Origin: an uncultured delta proteobacterium
Lineage (GTDB): Bacteria > Desulfobacterota > Zymogenia > Zymogenales > Zymogenaceae
Direction of reading: 5' to 3'
DNA: 64,000 nt
Assembly: GCA_963792965.1 (NCBI GenBank)
Contig: CAWBYW010000004.1
Location: 1-64,000, forward strand
Position numbers and translations under genes: made by a program. Below the pieces are notes generated by a model that was not told where the DNA came from, did not search any database, and was given only the letters and a program-made list of their open reading frames with translations. This document shows, piece by piece, positions 19,387 through 30,341 of the stretch (within the stretch, counting starts at the first letter, position 1; each line of letters starts with the position of its first letter).

Positions 19387-21783
19387 GTGTCAGCGATAAC
19401 CGTTTCCGACCAGAAAGATTTCCTCTATATTTCAAACCCGCATATCAAGTTGGGCGTTCATGTGAAGACGGGGAGACTATCCATCTCTCGCCTGGACGCC
19501 TCCTATCCACGCATAAAGGACTCGGTCGTCGGTATCGGCTGCCGGTTCGACAAGAAGAGAGAAGTCTTCGCGTTCGGAGCGGGCCCGGTCTCGTTTTCCG
19601 AAAGCGCCATCTCCGATGTCCATGGAAAGGGACTGAGGCTGACCGTCACCGACTCTGAGCGAGACGATAAACTCCAGATGACGCTCATCGCCCACCTCTA
19701 TGAGACGCGGCCGTTCTGTCTGATACGCCTCGTGGTAAGAAACGAGAGCGACAGGCCCCTCCTCCTTGACGACATGACCCTGATCGGCGCTTCCTTCGAG
19801 ACGGGCGGCCGCGTGGAATTCGGATGGGAACCCCGTCCCCTCAGGTTTTTCAAGGTGGGCTGGCACGACTGGTGCTACACGGGCCTGTTGACGGAGCGCG
19901 ACCGGGACGTTTCAACCCTCCTCAAACACTGGGTCGGCAAAATGTACTTCAATCCGCCGACCCCGATGTCACGTCGGCACGGTGATTTCTGGGGGGAGGG
20001 ATGGGGAATTCTGACCGACGCCAAGAGCGCGATCGTTTCCGGCTTTGCCTCCACCGCCGACCAGTTCGGCCAGGTCCACGTAAACTGCAATCCGAAGAAA
20101 GAGTCTCTTACGCTCATTGCCCGGGCCGACGGGATCGAGCTCGAGCCGGGCGAGAAATTCCAGTCGGAATGGGGCTACGTGCAGTTCGTCGATTTGCCGC
20201 ATCCCGATCCCGCGGCGGACTACGTCGAAACCGTCGCGCGGATCATGAAACCCCGCATCAAAAAGACGGCTCCGCCGGCAAAATGGACCCACTGGTACCA
20301 TTATTTTCACGATATCACGGAAGATCTTTTCATTCAGAACCTCGAGGTTATCGACAAGATCCGAGATACCGTTCCGTTCCGCACGGTCCAGCTGGACGAC
20401 GGGTATCAGTCTGCGTGGGGGGATTGGTATACGCCCAACGAGAAATTCCCGCACGGCCTCAAATACCTGGCCGACCGGGTCTCCGAAAAGGGGTTTATTC
20501 CCGGCCTCTGGCTTGCGCCCTTTGTCGCCGATCCGAAATCGAAACTGGCTAGGGAGCACCCCGACTGGCTCGTGAAAGGCACCAACGGAAAGCCGATCAT
20601 CGGCGGGTTTTTCTGGAATTTCTTCGGGTACGTCCTCGACCTGACCAATCCCGCCGTCCTGGATTGGCTCAGGGAGCTGATGCGCACGGTCGTCAAGGAA
20701 TGGGGATTCGGTTTTGTCAAAACCGATTTCGTCTACGCCGGGGCGCTTCCCGGGGTACGACATAACCCGAAGCTGACGCGCGCCCAGGCCTTCCGGCTCG
20801 GCATGCAGGCCATCCGCGAGGGGCTCGGGGAAGAGACCTATCACCTCGGCTGCGGCTGCCCCTTCGGCCCGTCTATCGGGATCGTGGATGCGATGCGCGT
20901 CGGGCCCGATACGGCGCCGAACTGGAATCCCTTTATCCAGAACATGCGCTGGGCGACACCCCTCATTCCGCGCGAAAAGGGAATCGCGAGCCTAAGAAAC
21001 AATATCCGCCAGACCATCAACCTTTCCACCATCAACGAGCGCTGGTGGACGAGCGACCCGGACTGCCTGATGGTGCGCGACTATGAGACGACGCTTTCCG
21101 AAGATGAGATCAGGAGCAACGTCTCCCTGATCGGCCTCATGGGGGGGCTCGTCATAAACTCGGACGACCTGACGAGGCTCACCATTGAGCGGCAGCGTCT
21201 CATCTCGATACTCCTTCCCATCATGTCCCGGCGGGGGAGGGCGGTTGATCTCATGGAGCGTGAAATGGCCGAGACCTACGTCGTAGACATGAGCAGGAAA
21301 TGGGGAGAGTGGGTCATGGCCGCCGAGTTCAACTGGAGCAAGAAGACCGTTACGAAGAGCCTCGATATCGCCGGGCTCGGGCTTGATCCGAGCGGGGAGT
21401 ACCACGTCTTCGACTTCTGGAACAAGACGTACCAGGTCCACACGGGGGGTCATCTGGAGCTTCTCGACATCCCTCGCCACGGGTGTCGGTTGCTGCGCAT
21501 CGCGGAAAACACCGGCGACCCGACCATCGTAGGGGGGACACTGCACATCACCTGCGGCGGAGAGGTGGATGGTTGGAAAGTCGGAAAGCAGACGGTCACC
21601 TTTACCGTCTCCGATCTCGGGAGGGTTGCAGAGGGTGAGCTCTGGGTCTGGCTGCCGGGGCAGCTGGCCAGCGCGAAAGCGGGCAAGAAGAACATACCGG
21701 TGAGAAAGCGGACGGACAACGTCTGGGCCCTCAACCTGTCGCTGAAAGGGAAGACGACCATCACCGTCACGTGGCTCTCGTGA
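19387..21783 (+). CDS. Alpha-galactosidase (GH36-like)
   Basis: QLDDGYQ..WGDW, KFPHGLK, GLWLAPF, VKTDF, MRVGPD, DPDCL; GGAGG RBS before GTG 19387. Confidence 0.85.
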   Translation: MSAITVSDQKDFLYISNPHIKLGVHVKTGRLSISRLDASYPRIKDSVVGIGCRFDKKREVFAFGAGPVSFSESAISDVHGKGLRLTVTDSERDDKLQMTLIAHLYETRPFCLIRLVVRNESDRPLLLDDMTLIGASFETGGRVEFGWEPRPLRFFKVGWHDWCYTGLLTERDRDVSTLLKHWVGKMYFNPPTPMSRRHGDFWGEGWGILTDAKSAIVSGFASTADQFGQVHVNCNPKKESLTLIARADGIELEPGEKFQSEWGYVQFVDLPHPDPAADYVETVARIMKPRIKKTAPPAKWTHWYHYFHDITEDLFIQNLEVIDKIRDTVPFRTVQLDDGYQSAWGDWYTPNEKFPHGLKYLADRVSEKGFIPGLWLAPFVADPKSKLAREHPDWLVKGTNGKPIIGGFFWNFFGYVLDLTNPAVLDWLRELMRTVVKEWGFGFVKTDFVYAGALPGVRHNPKLTRAQAFRLGMQAIREGLGEETYHLGCGCPFGPSIGIVDAMRVGPDTAPNWNPFIQNMRWATPLIPREKGIASLRNNIRQTINLSTINERWWTSDPDCLMVRDYETTLSEDEIRSNVSLIGLMGGLVINSDDLTRLTIERQRLISILLPIMSRRGRAVDLMEREMAETYVVDMSRKWGEWVMAAEFNWSKKTVTKSLDIAGLGLDPSGEYHVFDFWNKTYQVHTGGHLELLDIPRHGCRLLRIAENTGDPTIVGGTLHITCGGEVDGWKVGKQTVTFTVSDLGRVAEGELWVWLPGQLASAKAGKKNIPVRKRTDNVWALNLSLKGKTTITVTWLS

Positions 21784-21864
21784 GGTCCCGTTCGGATGCG
21801 AAGCGCAGCGCGCCGCGTCCGTTTATATCTCTCATCATCTCTGTCATCTGTAGAGGGGGTTTCA

Positions 21865-23190
21865 ATGACAAAAGTCAGGATGTCATCCCGCGATATCATT
21901 ACACTGACGCTTCTGGTGGCGATGTCCGTCTTTTTCTTCGCCGATCAGAGGATCATGACCGCGATCATCAAGGAGCTTTCGGCCGAGTACCACGTCGGCG
22001 TGGATATCCTCGGCTACATCGGCTCGGCATTTACACTTATCGGCGCCCTGATCAGCATCATCTTCGGATACCTCACCGATAAAGTATCCCGGAAGTGGCT
22101 CCTCGTCGCGACGGTCCTCATCGGAGAGATCCCCTGTCTGATGACGGGCTTCAAGGTCTTTACCCAGACGATCGAATCGTTCACGATCCTGAGGATTCTT
22201 ACCGGCATCGGAATTGGCGGCGTTTACCCTATCACCTTCTCGCTGATCGCCGACTACTTCCAGGAGGAGCACCGCCCCACCGCCACGGCATGGGTCAACG
22301 TGGCGTGGATGATCGGTATGGTCGCGGGCCCGGTGATGGCCGGCTTCCTGACGAACACATACGGGTGGAGGCTTCCGTTCATCCTGGCGGCGGCCCCCGG
22401 TTTTCCGACGGTCCTCCTGTTTGCCCTCTATGCGAAAGATCCCCAGCGGGGGCGGACCGAGGCGGCGCTGGAGGGCCTGATCCAGAAAGGCCTTGCCTAT
22501 AAACAGAAGATAAAATTCAGCGACTTCAGGCTCCTGTTTGCCAATAAGACCAATATCTGGATGTTCCTGCAGTCCCTGCCGGGGACCGTGCCCTGGGGTA
22601 TCCTCGGCTACTGGATGATCCATTTTCTCGAAAAAACGAAGGGCCTCACCAAGGAGGCCTCGACGCTCGTCTTTCTTCTCCTCGGGGTGGGGGCCACCGT
22701 CGGTGGCATCGTGTTTGCCTACGTCGGCGAGTGGCTCTACAAGAAGAACCCGAGATACCTCCCGATACTCTGCGGCACGTTCGTGCTCCTCGGAATCATC
22801 CCGGCGGTGGCTCTCGTCAATGTGCCACTCGGCGCGGGCGGAATGGGGGCCGCGGGCTTCTATATCCTGTCGTTCGTCACGGGGTTCATGGTGGCCGTCG
22901 GCACGGCCAACGCCAAGGCGATCGTCATGAACGTCAACCGTCCGGAGCACAGGGGATCGGTGTTTGCCGTCTATAACATCACCGACAACGTCGGTCAGGG
23001 GTTCGGGCCGGCCATCGGCGGGCTCCTGGTCGGGCTCGGCTACTCGTTCACCTTCGTAATGAACTTTTCCCTCCCGTTCTGGCTCATCTGCGGCGGGCTC
23101 CTCTTTGTCGTGGCGCGCTTTATCACGATGGATCGTGACGCGCTCCAGGCGTATCTGAAGGGCCAGGCCAAGGAGATGGTGAGGAAATAA
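21865..23190 (+). CDS. MFS transporter
   Basis: About 12 hydrophobic segments, GYLTDKVSRK motif A, GWRLPF. Confidence 0.88.
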   Translation: MTKVRMSSRDIITLTLLVAMSVFFFADQRIMTAIIKELSAEYHVGVDILGYIGSAFTLIGALISIIFGYLTDKVSRKWLLVATVLIGEIPCLMTGFKVFTQTIESFTILRILTGIGIGGVYPITFSLIADYFQEEHRPTATAWVNVAWMIGMVAGPVMAGFLTNTYGWRLPFILAAAPGFPTVLLFALYAKDPQRGRTEAALEGLIQKGLAYKQKIKFSDFRLLFANKTNIWMFLQSLPGTVPWGILGYWMIHFLEKTKGLTKEASTLVFLLLGVGATVGGIVFAYVGEWLYKKNPRYLPILCGTFVLLGIIPAVALVNVPLGAGGMGAAGFYILSFVTGFMVAVGTANAKAIVMNVNRPEHRGSVFAVYNITDNVGQGFGPAIGGLLVGLGYSFTFVMNFSLPFWLICGGLLFVVARFITMDRDALQAYLKGQAKEMVRK

Positions 23191-23270
23191 TGCGAGGATG
23201 ACTTTCGCCGTCCGGCGTCCAACCGTGATCGCGCGGATGACGACTTATTATTGATAAAGCGAGGTCCCCC

Positions 23271-24686
23271 ATGTCCGAGGAAAAGAAAGCGAGGCTTCCC
23301 GTTTGGCTGAAGTTCTCCTACGGCGCCGCCGAGGGCTCCAATACCCTCGGGTGGACGATGTTCTACGTCTACTTTCTCTTTTTTATGACCGATGTGGTGG
23401 GTGTGTCGCCGTCGTTCGCGGGCTTCGTGATGATGGTCGGCACCCTCTGGGACGCCGTGACCGATCCGGCGGTGGGAATCTGGTCGGACCGGACGAAATC
23501 GAAGCTCGGCAGAAGGCGGTCCTTCATGCTCTTTGCCGCCATCCCCTACGGCATCTCCGTGTGGCTCCTCTTTAGCGACTGGGGCCTCTCTCCTTTGATG
23601 ACGAAAGCCTATTTCATCGGCGCTGTTATCCTCTATTTTTTCGTATTTACCTGCCTCAATATCCCGTATACCGCTCTTGCCGCCGAGATGACCCAGGACT
23701 ACGACGAGCGCACCAGCCTCATCAGCTACCGCGCCGGGTGGAGCCAGGTTTTCTCGATCGCGGCGGCGGCTCTGCCGCTCATCCTCGTCAAGTACTTCTC
23801 GACAAAATACGGCTCGGGGATCGGGTCAATAGATCCAAAGGGGTGGACAATTACTACCGGGATCTTTGGCTTATTTATGATGTTCCCGATTCTCTGGACC
23901 TGGCGAGCCACCCGGGGGCACGAGCTGTTCCCCGAGGAAACCAAGATATCCTTTAAGGACATTATCCAGGGGGCGCTTAAGAACCGGCCGTTCCTCTATA
24001 TCATGGGCATTTGCGCCCTGAGCGCGATGGCGCTCAATATCGCGGCGGCGGTGATGGTCTACTTCATGAAGTACTATATGAACTTCACCGAGGCCCAACA
24101 GTCGCTGGCCTTTCTGTTCCTGTTTGCCTGCACGATTGTCTGGATCCCGTTCATTAACATCATCTCGGCCAAGCTCGAAAAGCGCTGGGCGTTCATCATC
24201 TTCATCGGCCTCTGGATGGTGGTCCAGGGGGTCGGGGGGATACTCGTGAAGCCGGGGCAGATGATCTTCTTCTACATCCTGGCCATCCTTGCGTCGGGAG
24301 GGGTCATCGCGGTCACCATGATCAACTGGATGATGATCCCCGACGTCGTGGAGGTGGACGAGTTCAAGACCGGCCATCGGCGCGAGGGGCTCTACTTCGG
24401 GCTCACCAGCTTCGTCGGGAAGGCGGCCGCCGCCTTTGCACTTCTTGCCAACGGGTACGTCCTCAAGTGGGTAGGATATGTGGCCAACGTTCCCCAGACA
24501 CCGACGGCGATCCTCGGCATACGGCTTATCTGGGCCGAGGCGACCGCAGGCATCCTCGTCGTCAGCGTTATCCTGGCCTATTTCCTCCCCATGACCCGGA
24601 AAAAGCACCAGGCGCTCCTTGAGGCCATCAAGCTCAAGAAGGAGGGGAAGGCCTATAACATCGAGCCGTTCAAGGACATTGTATAA
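23271..24686 (+). CDS. Glycoside-pentoside-hexuronide (MelB-like) cation symporter
   Basis: WDAVTDP..G.WSDRTKSKLGRRR, PYTALAAEMTQDYDER, DEFKTGHRREG. Confidence 0.9.
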   Translation: MSEEKKARLPVWLKFSYGAAEGSNTLGWTMFYVYFLFFMTDVVGVSPSFAGFVMMVGTLWDAVTDPAVGIWSDRTKSKLGRRRSFMLFAAIPYGISVWLLFSDWGLSPLMTKAYFIGAVILYFFVFTCLNIPYTALAAEMTQDYDERTSLISYRAGWSQVFSIAAAALPLILVKYFSTKYGSGIGSIDPKGWTITTGIFGLFMMFPILWTWRATRGHELFPEETKISFKDIIQGALKNRPFLYIMGICALSAMALNIAAAVMVYFMKYYMNFTEAQQSLAFLFLFACTIVWIPFINIISAKLEKRWAFIIFIGLWMVVQGVGGILVKPGQMIFFYILAILASGGVIAVTMINWMMIPDVVEVDEFKTGHRREGLYFGLTSFVGKAAAAFALLANGYVLKWVGYVANVPQTPTAILGIRLIWAEATAGILVVSVILAYFLPMTRKKHQALLEAIKLKKEGKAYNIEPFKDIV

Positions 24687-24754
24687 ACCCCGGGACAGAC
24701 GGGCACGAAGGACGCGCACGCGTCGGCACGCGGCCCGGCTGTCGGAGACAGGGC

Positions 24755-25855
24755 ATGGATTTCGGATTCTCGCACTGTTACCATCTGCACCTTTCCCTCT
24801 TCCCGTGGGAGACGAGCTCCTTTCCGGAAAGGCTCACCAAGGCCTACACCCTCATGAAGCAGGCGGGCGCGACCTCCTTCCGCCCCCACGTTCACTGGAA
24901 CCGGGTGGAGCCGATGATCCTCAATCCCGGTCTCCGGGTTCAGGATGTTACAGAGTCAATGATCGCCGAGTATGCCGAGGGAAGGCCGGGCGTTTTCTGG
25001 GATGAGACCGACCTGATGGTGGACGGAATGGTCCGGGCCGGTATCGACCCGTTCCTCTGCCTCGGGGCGGCTTTTTACCACCAGGTGCCGCTTGTATCGG
25101 CGGGAAACCATGTCGTTCGTTTTGACGGAAATGCGATCTCAAACGACGTCTACCTTGGGCACCTGTTCCTCCATGCCCGCGCCGTAGTGCGCCGCTACAG
25201 GGATCGCTGCACGCGCTGGCAGCTCGAAAACGAGCTGAACGAGGCGGTGGGTACGCTCCTCATATTGAAGTGGCGAAATGGGAGGAGGTGGCTTTCGGCG
25301 CGGTTTCGAACGCGCCTCATGGAGCTTCTGCATCAGGCGGTCAAGGCGGAAGACAAGGGGGCCAGGACCTCTCACAACTACTCCATGGGATTCAGAAAAA
25401 TCCCCGGGCTCTACGACTGGATCAGCGACGTGTCAAGGTGGGACCGATACGTGGATATCATCGGCTTTGATCCCTTCCCGAATTATCTGGCCGGTAACCC
25501 GATCGGCATCGAGGGAGCGGTCAGGAAACTGACGAGGCGGATTCGTCGGCTGGGTCTGAGAAAGCCGATCTACATCCTGGAGGACGGCTACCCGGTGAAG
25601 CCGGAGGGCAAGGGATTCTCCGAGGAAAACCAGAGGCGGTACATGGAAGAGCTCCTCGACGTTGCACAGGACGAAAAGCTTGACGGCGTGTTCGTCTACT
25701 GCTTCGTCTCCCAGGAGGGCGCACCGGGCAACGAATGGCACAAATTGAGAAGATTCAATGATATCGAGGACTGGTGGGGACTGTTCCGGTCCGACGGCAC
25801 GCCAAGGCCGGCCTATGACTATCTGGTGGAGCGGATGGGGAAGGGGAAGCGGTAG
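24755..25855 (+). CDS. Clan GH-A glycoside hydrolase, family uncertain
   Basis: HWNRVEP, WQLENELN (acid/base), IYILEDGY (nucleophile), WGLFRSDGTPRPAY. Confidence 0.7.
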   Translation: MDFGFSHCYHLHLSLFPWETSSFPERLTKAYTLMKQAGATSFRPHVHWNRVEPMILNPGLRVQDVTESMIAEYAEGRPGVFWDETDLMVDGMVRAGIDPFLCLGAAFYHQVPLVSAGNHVVRFDGNAISNDVYLGHLFLHARAVVRRYRDRCTRWQLENELNEAVGTLLILKWRNGRRWLSARFRTRLMELLHQAVKAEDKGARTSHNYSMGFRKIPGLYDWISDVSRWDRYVDIIGFDPFPNYLAGNPIGIEGAVRKLTRRIRRLGLRKPIYILEDGYPVKPEGKGFSEENQRRYMEELLDVAQDEKLDGVFVYCFVSQEGAPGNEWHKLRRFNDIEDWWGLFRSDGTPRPAYDYLVERMGKGKR

Positions 25856-25986
25856 GGCGACGGAAACGATCATACCGCGGCTTTAATGCGGAAGTCGGCG
25901 GAAAGAGGCTCACGTGTCTTTGCGGCGTGAGCGACGGTCCTCCTATCCACGGCGCCGATGACACAATAGTAATACGGTGATTCACG

Positions 25987-26961
25987 ATGAAGCGGAAATA
26001 CTCGGTCTTTCTCGGCAACGTCGGCTCATGCAACGACCGGTTCTGTCGGGCGTACGGGAGAGACTATTCGATCACGGAGCTTTTCGATCGGGTGGCATCG
26101 ATCGATCTGGTCACCGCGGTCGACCTCGTGGCCGACAGGACGCTTTACGAAAGCGAGGCCGAGGTGCTCTCGTCGCTGGAGAAGACGGGTTTGACGGTCG
26201 CATCCGTCACGGTGGAGCTCTTTTCCGACCCGAAATGGCAGAGGGGCTCCTTTTCCTCAAATGACTCTCAGGTCCGTAAGGACGCGGTCGCCTGGTCCAA
26301 AAAGGCGGTCGATTTTGCGGCGAAGGTACATGCGCCGGTCGTCGGCATCTGGCCCGGTCAGGACGGCTATGACTACCTCTTTACGGCCGACTACCTCGCC
26401 GACCGTGAGCACTTTGCCGAGGGGGTGCGGGAAGTCTGCCTGCACAACAAGGAGATCAAAATCGGCCTCGAGTACAAGCCCAAGGAGCCACGCAACCGAA
26501 ATTACGTGAGCACCGTGGGGGTCTCGATACTCATGGCCCAAGAAATCAATGAGCCAAACGTGGGGGTGATCCTCGACTACGGGCACGCCCTCTACGCCTA
26601 CGAGAACCCGGCCGAATCCGTCGCCCTCCTCCATAAATACGGGGATTTGCTTACCCATATCCATATCAACGACAACTATCGTTATTGGGACGACGACATG
26701 ATCGTCGGTACCGTCCATACCCTCGAATATCTCGAATTCTTCTACTGGCTCAGGCGCACGAACTATTCCGGCTGGATCGCCATCGACCAGTTTCCGTACC
26801 GGGAAGACGGGCGCGACGCGGTGGGCGAGAGCGCCCGGTGGCTCGACGCGCTCCAGGGTGCGCTGGACCGGGCCGACCACGACAAAATAGGGCGGATCGT
26901 CGGTGCGCACGACGGTGTGGCGGCAAGCAGATTGATGCGCGAAATCCTCTTCGGGAAATAA
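25987..26961 (+). CDS. Xylose isomerase-like TIM-barrel sugar isomerase/epimerase
   Basis: WPGQDG, LEYKPKEPR, LDYGH, HIHINDN..WDDD, IDQFP. Confidence 0.85.
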   Translation: MKRKYSVFLGNVGSCNDRFCRAYGRDYSITELFDRVASIDLVTAVDLVADRTLYESEAEVLSSLEKTGLTVASVTVELFSDPKWQRGSFSSNDSQVRKDAVAWSKKAVDFAAKVHAPVVGIWPGQDGYDYLFTADYLADREHFAEGVREVCLHNKEIKIGLEYKPKEPRNRNYVSTVGVSILMAQEINEPNVGVILDYGHALYAYENPAESVALLHKYGDLLTHIHINDNYRYWDDDMIVGTVHTLEYLEFFYWLRRTNYSGWIAIDQFPYREDGRDAVGESARWLDALQGALDRADHDKIGRIVGAHDGVAASRLMREILFGK

Positions 26962-26966
26962 CATAT

Positions 26967-27563
26967 ATGAAAGAAGATCTGAAATCAGCTGTCCTTGGGA
27001 TCGCACGGCTCATCTGGGACCGGAGGCTTTCCGACACGGCCGGCGGCAATATCAGCCTGCGCGACGGCGACACGGTCTGCATCACCCCGCGGCTCATGGG
27101 ATATCGTCTCCGCTGGCAGATCACGGACGAGGACCTCTCGATCGTGACGTTAGACGGGAAGGTCCTGGAGGGCCCCACCGAGATCACGCGGGAGGGGCGC
27201 ATGCACCTCGGTCTCTACCGCGAATTTCCGGACGCGGGGGCCGTGATCCACGCCCATCCCTACTGGACGACGGTGTTTGTCGCCAAATCCCGTCCCATTG
27301 TGCCGACCCTTGAGACGACCCAGAAGTTCGGCACCGTCGGGTGCGTCGTGGAGGCACACGGCTATTCTGACGAGCTGGCGAAAAACGTCATCTCCCATTT
27401 TACGGCAAAACGCGCCCAGTGGGAGAAGACGCCCCTCATGGCGATACTGCCCCGGCACGGGATCGTGGCGATGGGAAAGGACATGAACGCCTGCTTCGAT
27501 ATCGTCGACCGGATAGAGACCGAGTGCCGCTGCCAGATCCTGGGCAGGCTGCTCGATCTGTAG
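26967..27563 (+). CDS. Class II aldolase/adducin family protein (fuculose-1-P aldolase-like)
   Basis: GGNISLR, E..MH..LY, VIHAHP, RHG. Confidence 0.85.
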   Translation: MKEDLKSAVLGIARLIWDRRLSDTAGGNISLRDGDTVCITPRLMGYRLRWQITDEDLSIVTLDGKVLEGPTEITREGRMHLGLYREFPDAGAVIHAHPYWTTVFVAKSRPIVPTLETTQKFGTVGCVVEAHGYSDELAKNVISHFTAKRAQWEKTPLMAILPRHGIVAMGKDMNACFDIVDRIETECRCQILGRLLDL

Positions 27564-27636
27564 GTGCAGTCCTCTTTTTGCAGTCTGATGAGACTCCCCT
27601 CGTAGTGTCCGAGGGTCGTCCGGCCATGAAGGTTGC

Positions 27637-28572
27637 GTGTCTATGATCCTCACCGTTACGCTCAATCCCGCCGTTGACTTCACCGTCTTCGGCGGCCCGT
27701 TCATCGTTCACGAGACAAACCGTGCCCGGTCCGTTCCTCCCGATCCAGGGGGCAAGGGAAACAATGCCGCGCGGGTCGCCCGGCTGCTCGGGGCCGACGT
27801 GACGGCTACGGGACTTATCGGGGGATTTACCGGGGAGTTTATCGAACAGTCGCTGGTAACAGAGGGCATCGAGCCGTCTTTCTTCGCGATCGATGGACTC
27901 ACCCGCTTCACGGCGGCCTATATCGAGGAAGGGACGGGCGCCGAGACGAAAATCGTCCCGCAAGGCCCGGTTATCACCGAGAAGGAGTCGCGCGATTTCA
28001 TCACCCACTTTGAGCAGCTTATCACGACGGGTCGCTTCTCGATCGTCGCCCTTTCCGGCTCGCTCCCTGAGGGCGTTGCGTCCGACTTCTACTGCGCCCT
28101 CATCGAGGTCGCCGGGTGGCATGAGGTTCCAGTCGTTCTGGATACGAGCGGGGAGGCGCTGAGAGCGGCCCTGGCGCAGCCTCCGCTGATGATCAAGCCG
28201 AACGTGAGTGAGGCACTCGAGCTTGCCGGCGCCGAGGATCTCGATGGGGTCTTTAGTTACTTGAGGGGGCTTGCCGATACGATCCCCCTCATTGCGTTGA
28301 CGATGGGAAAAGACGGCGCCGTTTTCTTCACGTCCGATCGCACGGTGAAGATCACCACGGGCCAGGCCGGGGGTGTCAACCCCGTCGGGGCGGGAGACGC
28401 CTTCGTGGGAGGGTTCTGCGCGGCGTATGACCGCTTTGGCGAGGAGAGACAGCGTCTCTTCCGCTGGGCTGCCGCCGCGGGAACGGCGTCGGCACGATCC
28501 GCCCGCCTCTTGTTTTCCCGGGACGAGTTCGAGTCGGTCATGGAGTCGCTGGTGCTGGAAGAGATCGGGTGA
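27637..28572 (+). CDS. 1-phosphofructokinase/tagatose-6-P kinase-like PfkB hexose kinase
   Basis: TVTLNPAVD, GGKGNN, SGSLP, KPN..E, VGAGDAF. Confidence 0.88.
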   Translation: MSMILTVTLNPAVDFTVFGGPFIVHETNRARSVPPDPGGKGNNAARVARLLGADVTATGLIGGFTGEFIEQSLVTEGIEPSFFAIDGLTRFTAAYIEEGTGAETKIVPQGPVITEKESRDFITHFEQLITTGRFSIVALSGSLPEGVASDFYCALIEVAGWHEVPVVLDTSGEALRAALAQPPLMIKPNVSEALELAGAEDLDGVFSYLRGLADTIPLIALTMGKDGAVFFTSDRTVKITTGQAGGVNPVGAGDAFVGGFCAAYDRFGEERQRLFRWAAAAGTASARSARLLFSRDEFESVMESLVLEEIG

Positions 28573-28656
28573 GGTGAGGAGCAGACCCGTGCCGCGCCCG
28601 ACAGAGAGGGCGCCAGTCCTCAGGCTCGACGGGCCGCATCTGTATGAGGGATACCA

Positions 28657-30168
28657 ATGCCCGGACATCTATTAGGAATCGATGTCGGCAGCTCGTTTGT
28701 CAAGACCTCTCTTGTCGAGGCCGCGTCGGGAAAGATCATAGCTGCGGCAAGCTCGCCAGAAAAAGAGATGCCGATCGACTCACCACGGCCCGGGTGGGCC
28801 CAGCAGGACCCCGAGGTCTGGTGGGGGGAGGTCAGGCACGCCGTGTCACTCTTGGGACGCGACGCGCCGGGGGCCCTTCGTGATGTGCGTGCTGTCGGAA
28901 TATCGTATCAGATGCACGGCCTGGTGCTTGTGGATCGGCAGCTCAGGGTGCTGAGGCCTTCGATCATCTGGTGCGACAGTCGGGCGGTCCCGATCGGGGA
29001 AAGGGCCTTCTCGGATGTCGGGCGAGAGGCCTGCCTGAGGAGCCTCCTCAACTCGCCGGGGAACTTCACCGCCTCAAAACTCGTCTGGGTCAGGCAAAAC
29101 GAGCCCGAGATCTTCGGCCGGATCCACAAGGCGATGCTTCCCGGTGATTTCATCGCCATGAAGATGACGGACCGCGTCGCGACGACGATCCCGGGGATCT
29201 CGGAGATGATCCTCTGGGACTACCCGAAGGGTGAGGTGAGCAAACGGCTCCTCGACTACTTCGGGATATCGCCGGACCTGATCCCGGACGTCGTGCCGAC
29301 CTTTTCCATCCAGGGAGAGATCACGGAGCGCGCCGCAGCCGAGCTGGGCCTGAAAGCGGGGATCCCCGTTTCCTACCGGGCGGGCGATCAGCCCAATAAC
29401 GCCTTCTCACTCGGCGTCGCCGAGCCGGGCCAGATCGCGGCCACAGCCGGGACCTCGGGTGTTGTCTACGGTGTGAGCGACTCACCGCTCTTTGACCCGC
29501 ATTCCCGCGTGAATACCTTCGTTCACGTTACCCATGATAAATACCATCCACGCTACGGCATCCTGTTGTGCGTCAATGGCACCGGCATCGCCAACAGCTG
29601 GATCAAAGACAACGTCATGACCTTCGGCACGATCTCTATGGACTATGGGTCGATGAATGAGGTCGCCGCGTCGGTCCCGGTGGGCTCCTGCGGTCTTGTC
29701 TTTCTCCCCTTCGGAAACGGAGCCGAGCGAACGCTCGGCGACCGGATGATCGGGGCATCGATCCACTTTTTGGACTTCAATACGCACACGAAGGCACATA
29801 TGCTGCGGGCGGCCCAGGAGGGGATCGTTTTCGCCCTTGCCTACGGCCTCTCGATCATGACAGAGATGGGGATCCCCTTGGGAACGATCAGGGCTCCGAG
29901 GGCCAACATGTTTCAGAGTCCGGTCTTCACCGAGGCGTTCGCCGCCGTTACCGGGTGCGCCGTGCAGCTGATGAACACCGACGGCGCGGCCGGGGCCGCG
30001 CGGGGGGCGGGGCTCGGGGCCGGGATCTATCAGAGCCGCGCGGAGGCTTTTGCCGGCCTTGAGGCCGTCGAGACTATCGAGCCCGCCCCCGGTCTTTCCG
30101 GCCCGTATCGAGAGGCGTATGAGAGGTGGGAACGGGTGCTCATGACATATCTCGATTCGGGGCGGTAG
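28657..30168 (+). CDS. xylB: FGGY carbohydrate kinase (xylulokinase-like)
   Basis: GIDVGSS, QMHGLV, IIWCDSR, NSPGNFTASKL, AGDQPN, GTSGV. Confidence 0.8.
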   Translation: MPGHLLGIDVGSSFVKTSLVEAASGKIIAAASSPEKEMPIDSPRPGWAQQDPEVWWGEVRHAVSLLGRDAPGALRDVRAVGISYQMHGLVLVDRQLRVLRPSIIWCDSRAVPIGERAFSDVGREACLRSLLNSPGNFTASKLVWVRQNEPEIFGRIHKAMLPGDFIAMKMTDRVATTIPGISEMILWDYPKGEVSKRLLDYFGISPDLIPDVVPTFSIQGEITERAAAELGLKAGIPVSYRAGDQPNNAFSLGVAEPGQIAATAGTSGVVYGVSDSPLFDPHSRVNTFVHVTHDKYHPRYGILLCVNGTGIANSWIKDNVMTFGTISMDYGSMNEVAASVPVGSCGLVFLPFGNGAERTLGDRMIGASIHFLDFNTHTKAHMLRAAQEGIVFALAYGLSIMTEMGIPLGTIRAPRANMFQSPVFTEAFAAVTGCAVQLMNTDGAAGAARGAGLGAGIYQSRAEAFAGLEAVETIEPAPGLSGPYREAYERWERVLMTYLDSGR

Positions 30169-30341
30169 CGGAGAAGGGAGCAAGGGTCCGCGCGGGAATG
30201 GGGAGGTTTTTTGAAGATGCGGCTTACCCGGTCTGTCGGAGCGGGGCCGACGGGAAGCCCGATTAATAGTGTTGATTAATTACGCCTGAAAAGATATGAT
30301 TATCTACCTTTAACCGCATCATCAAAAAGGAGTAGTACCCC

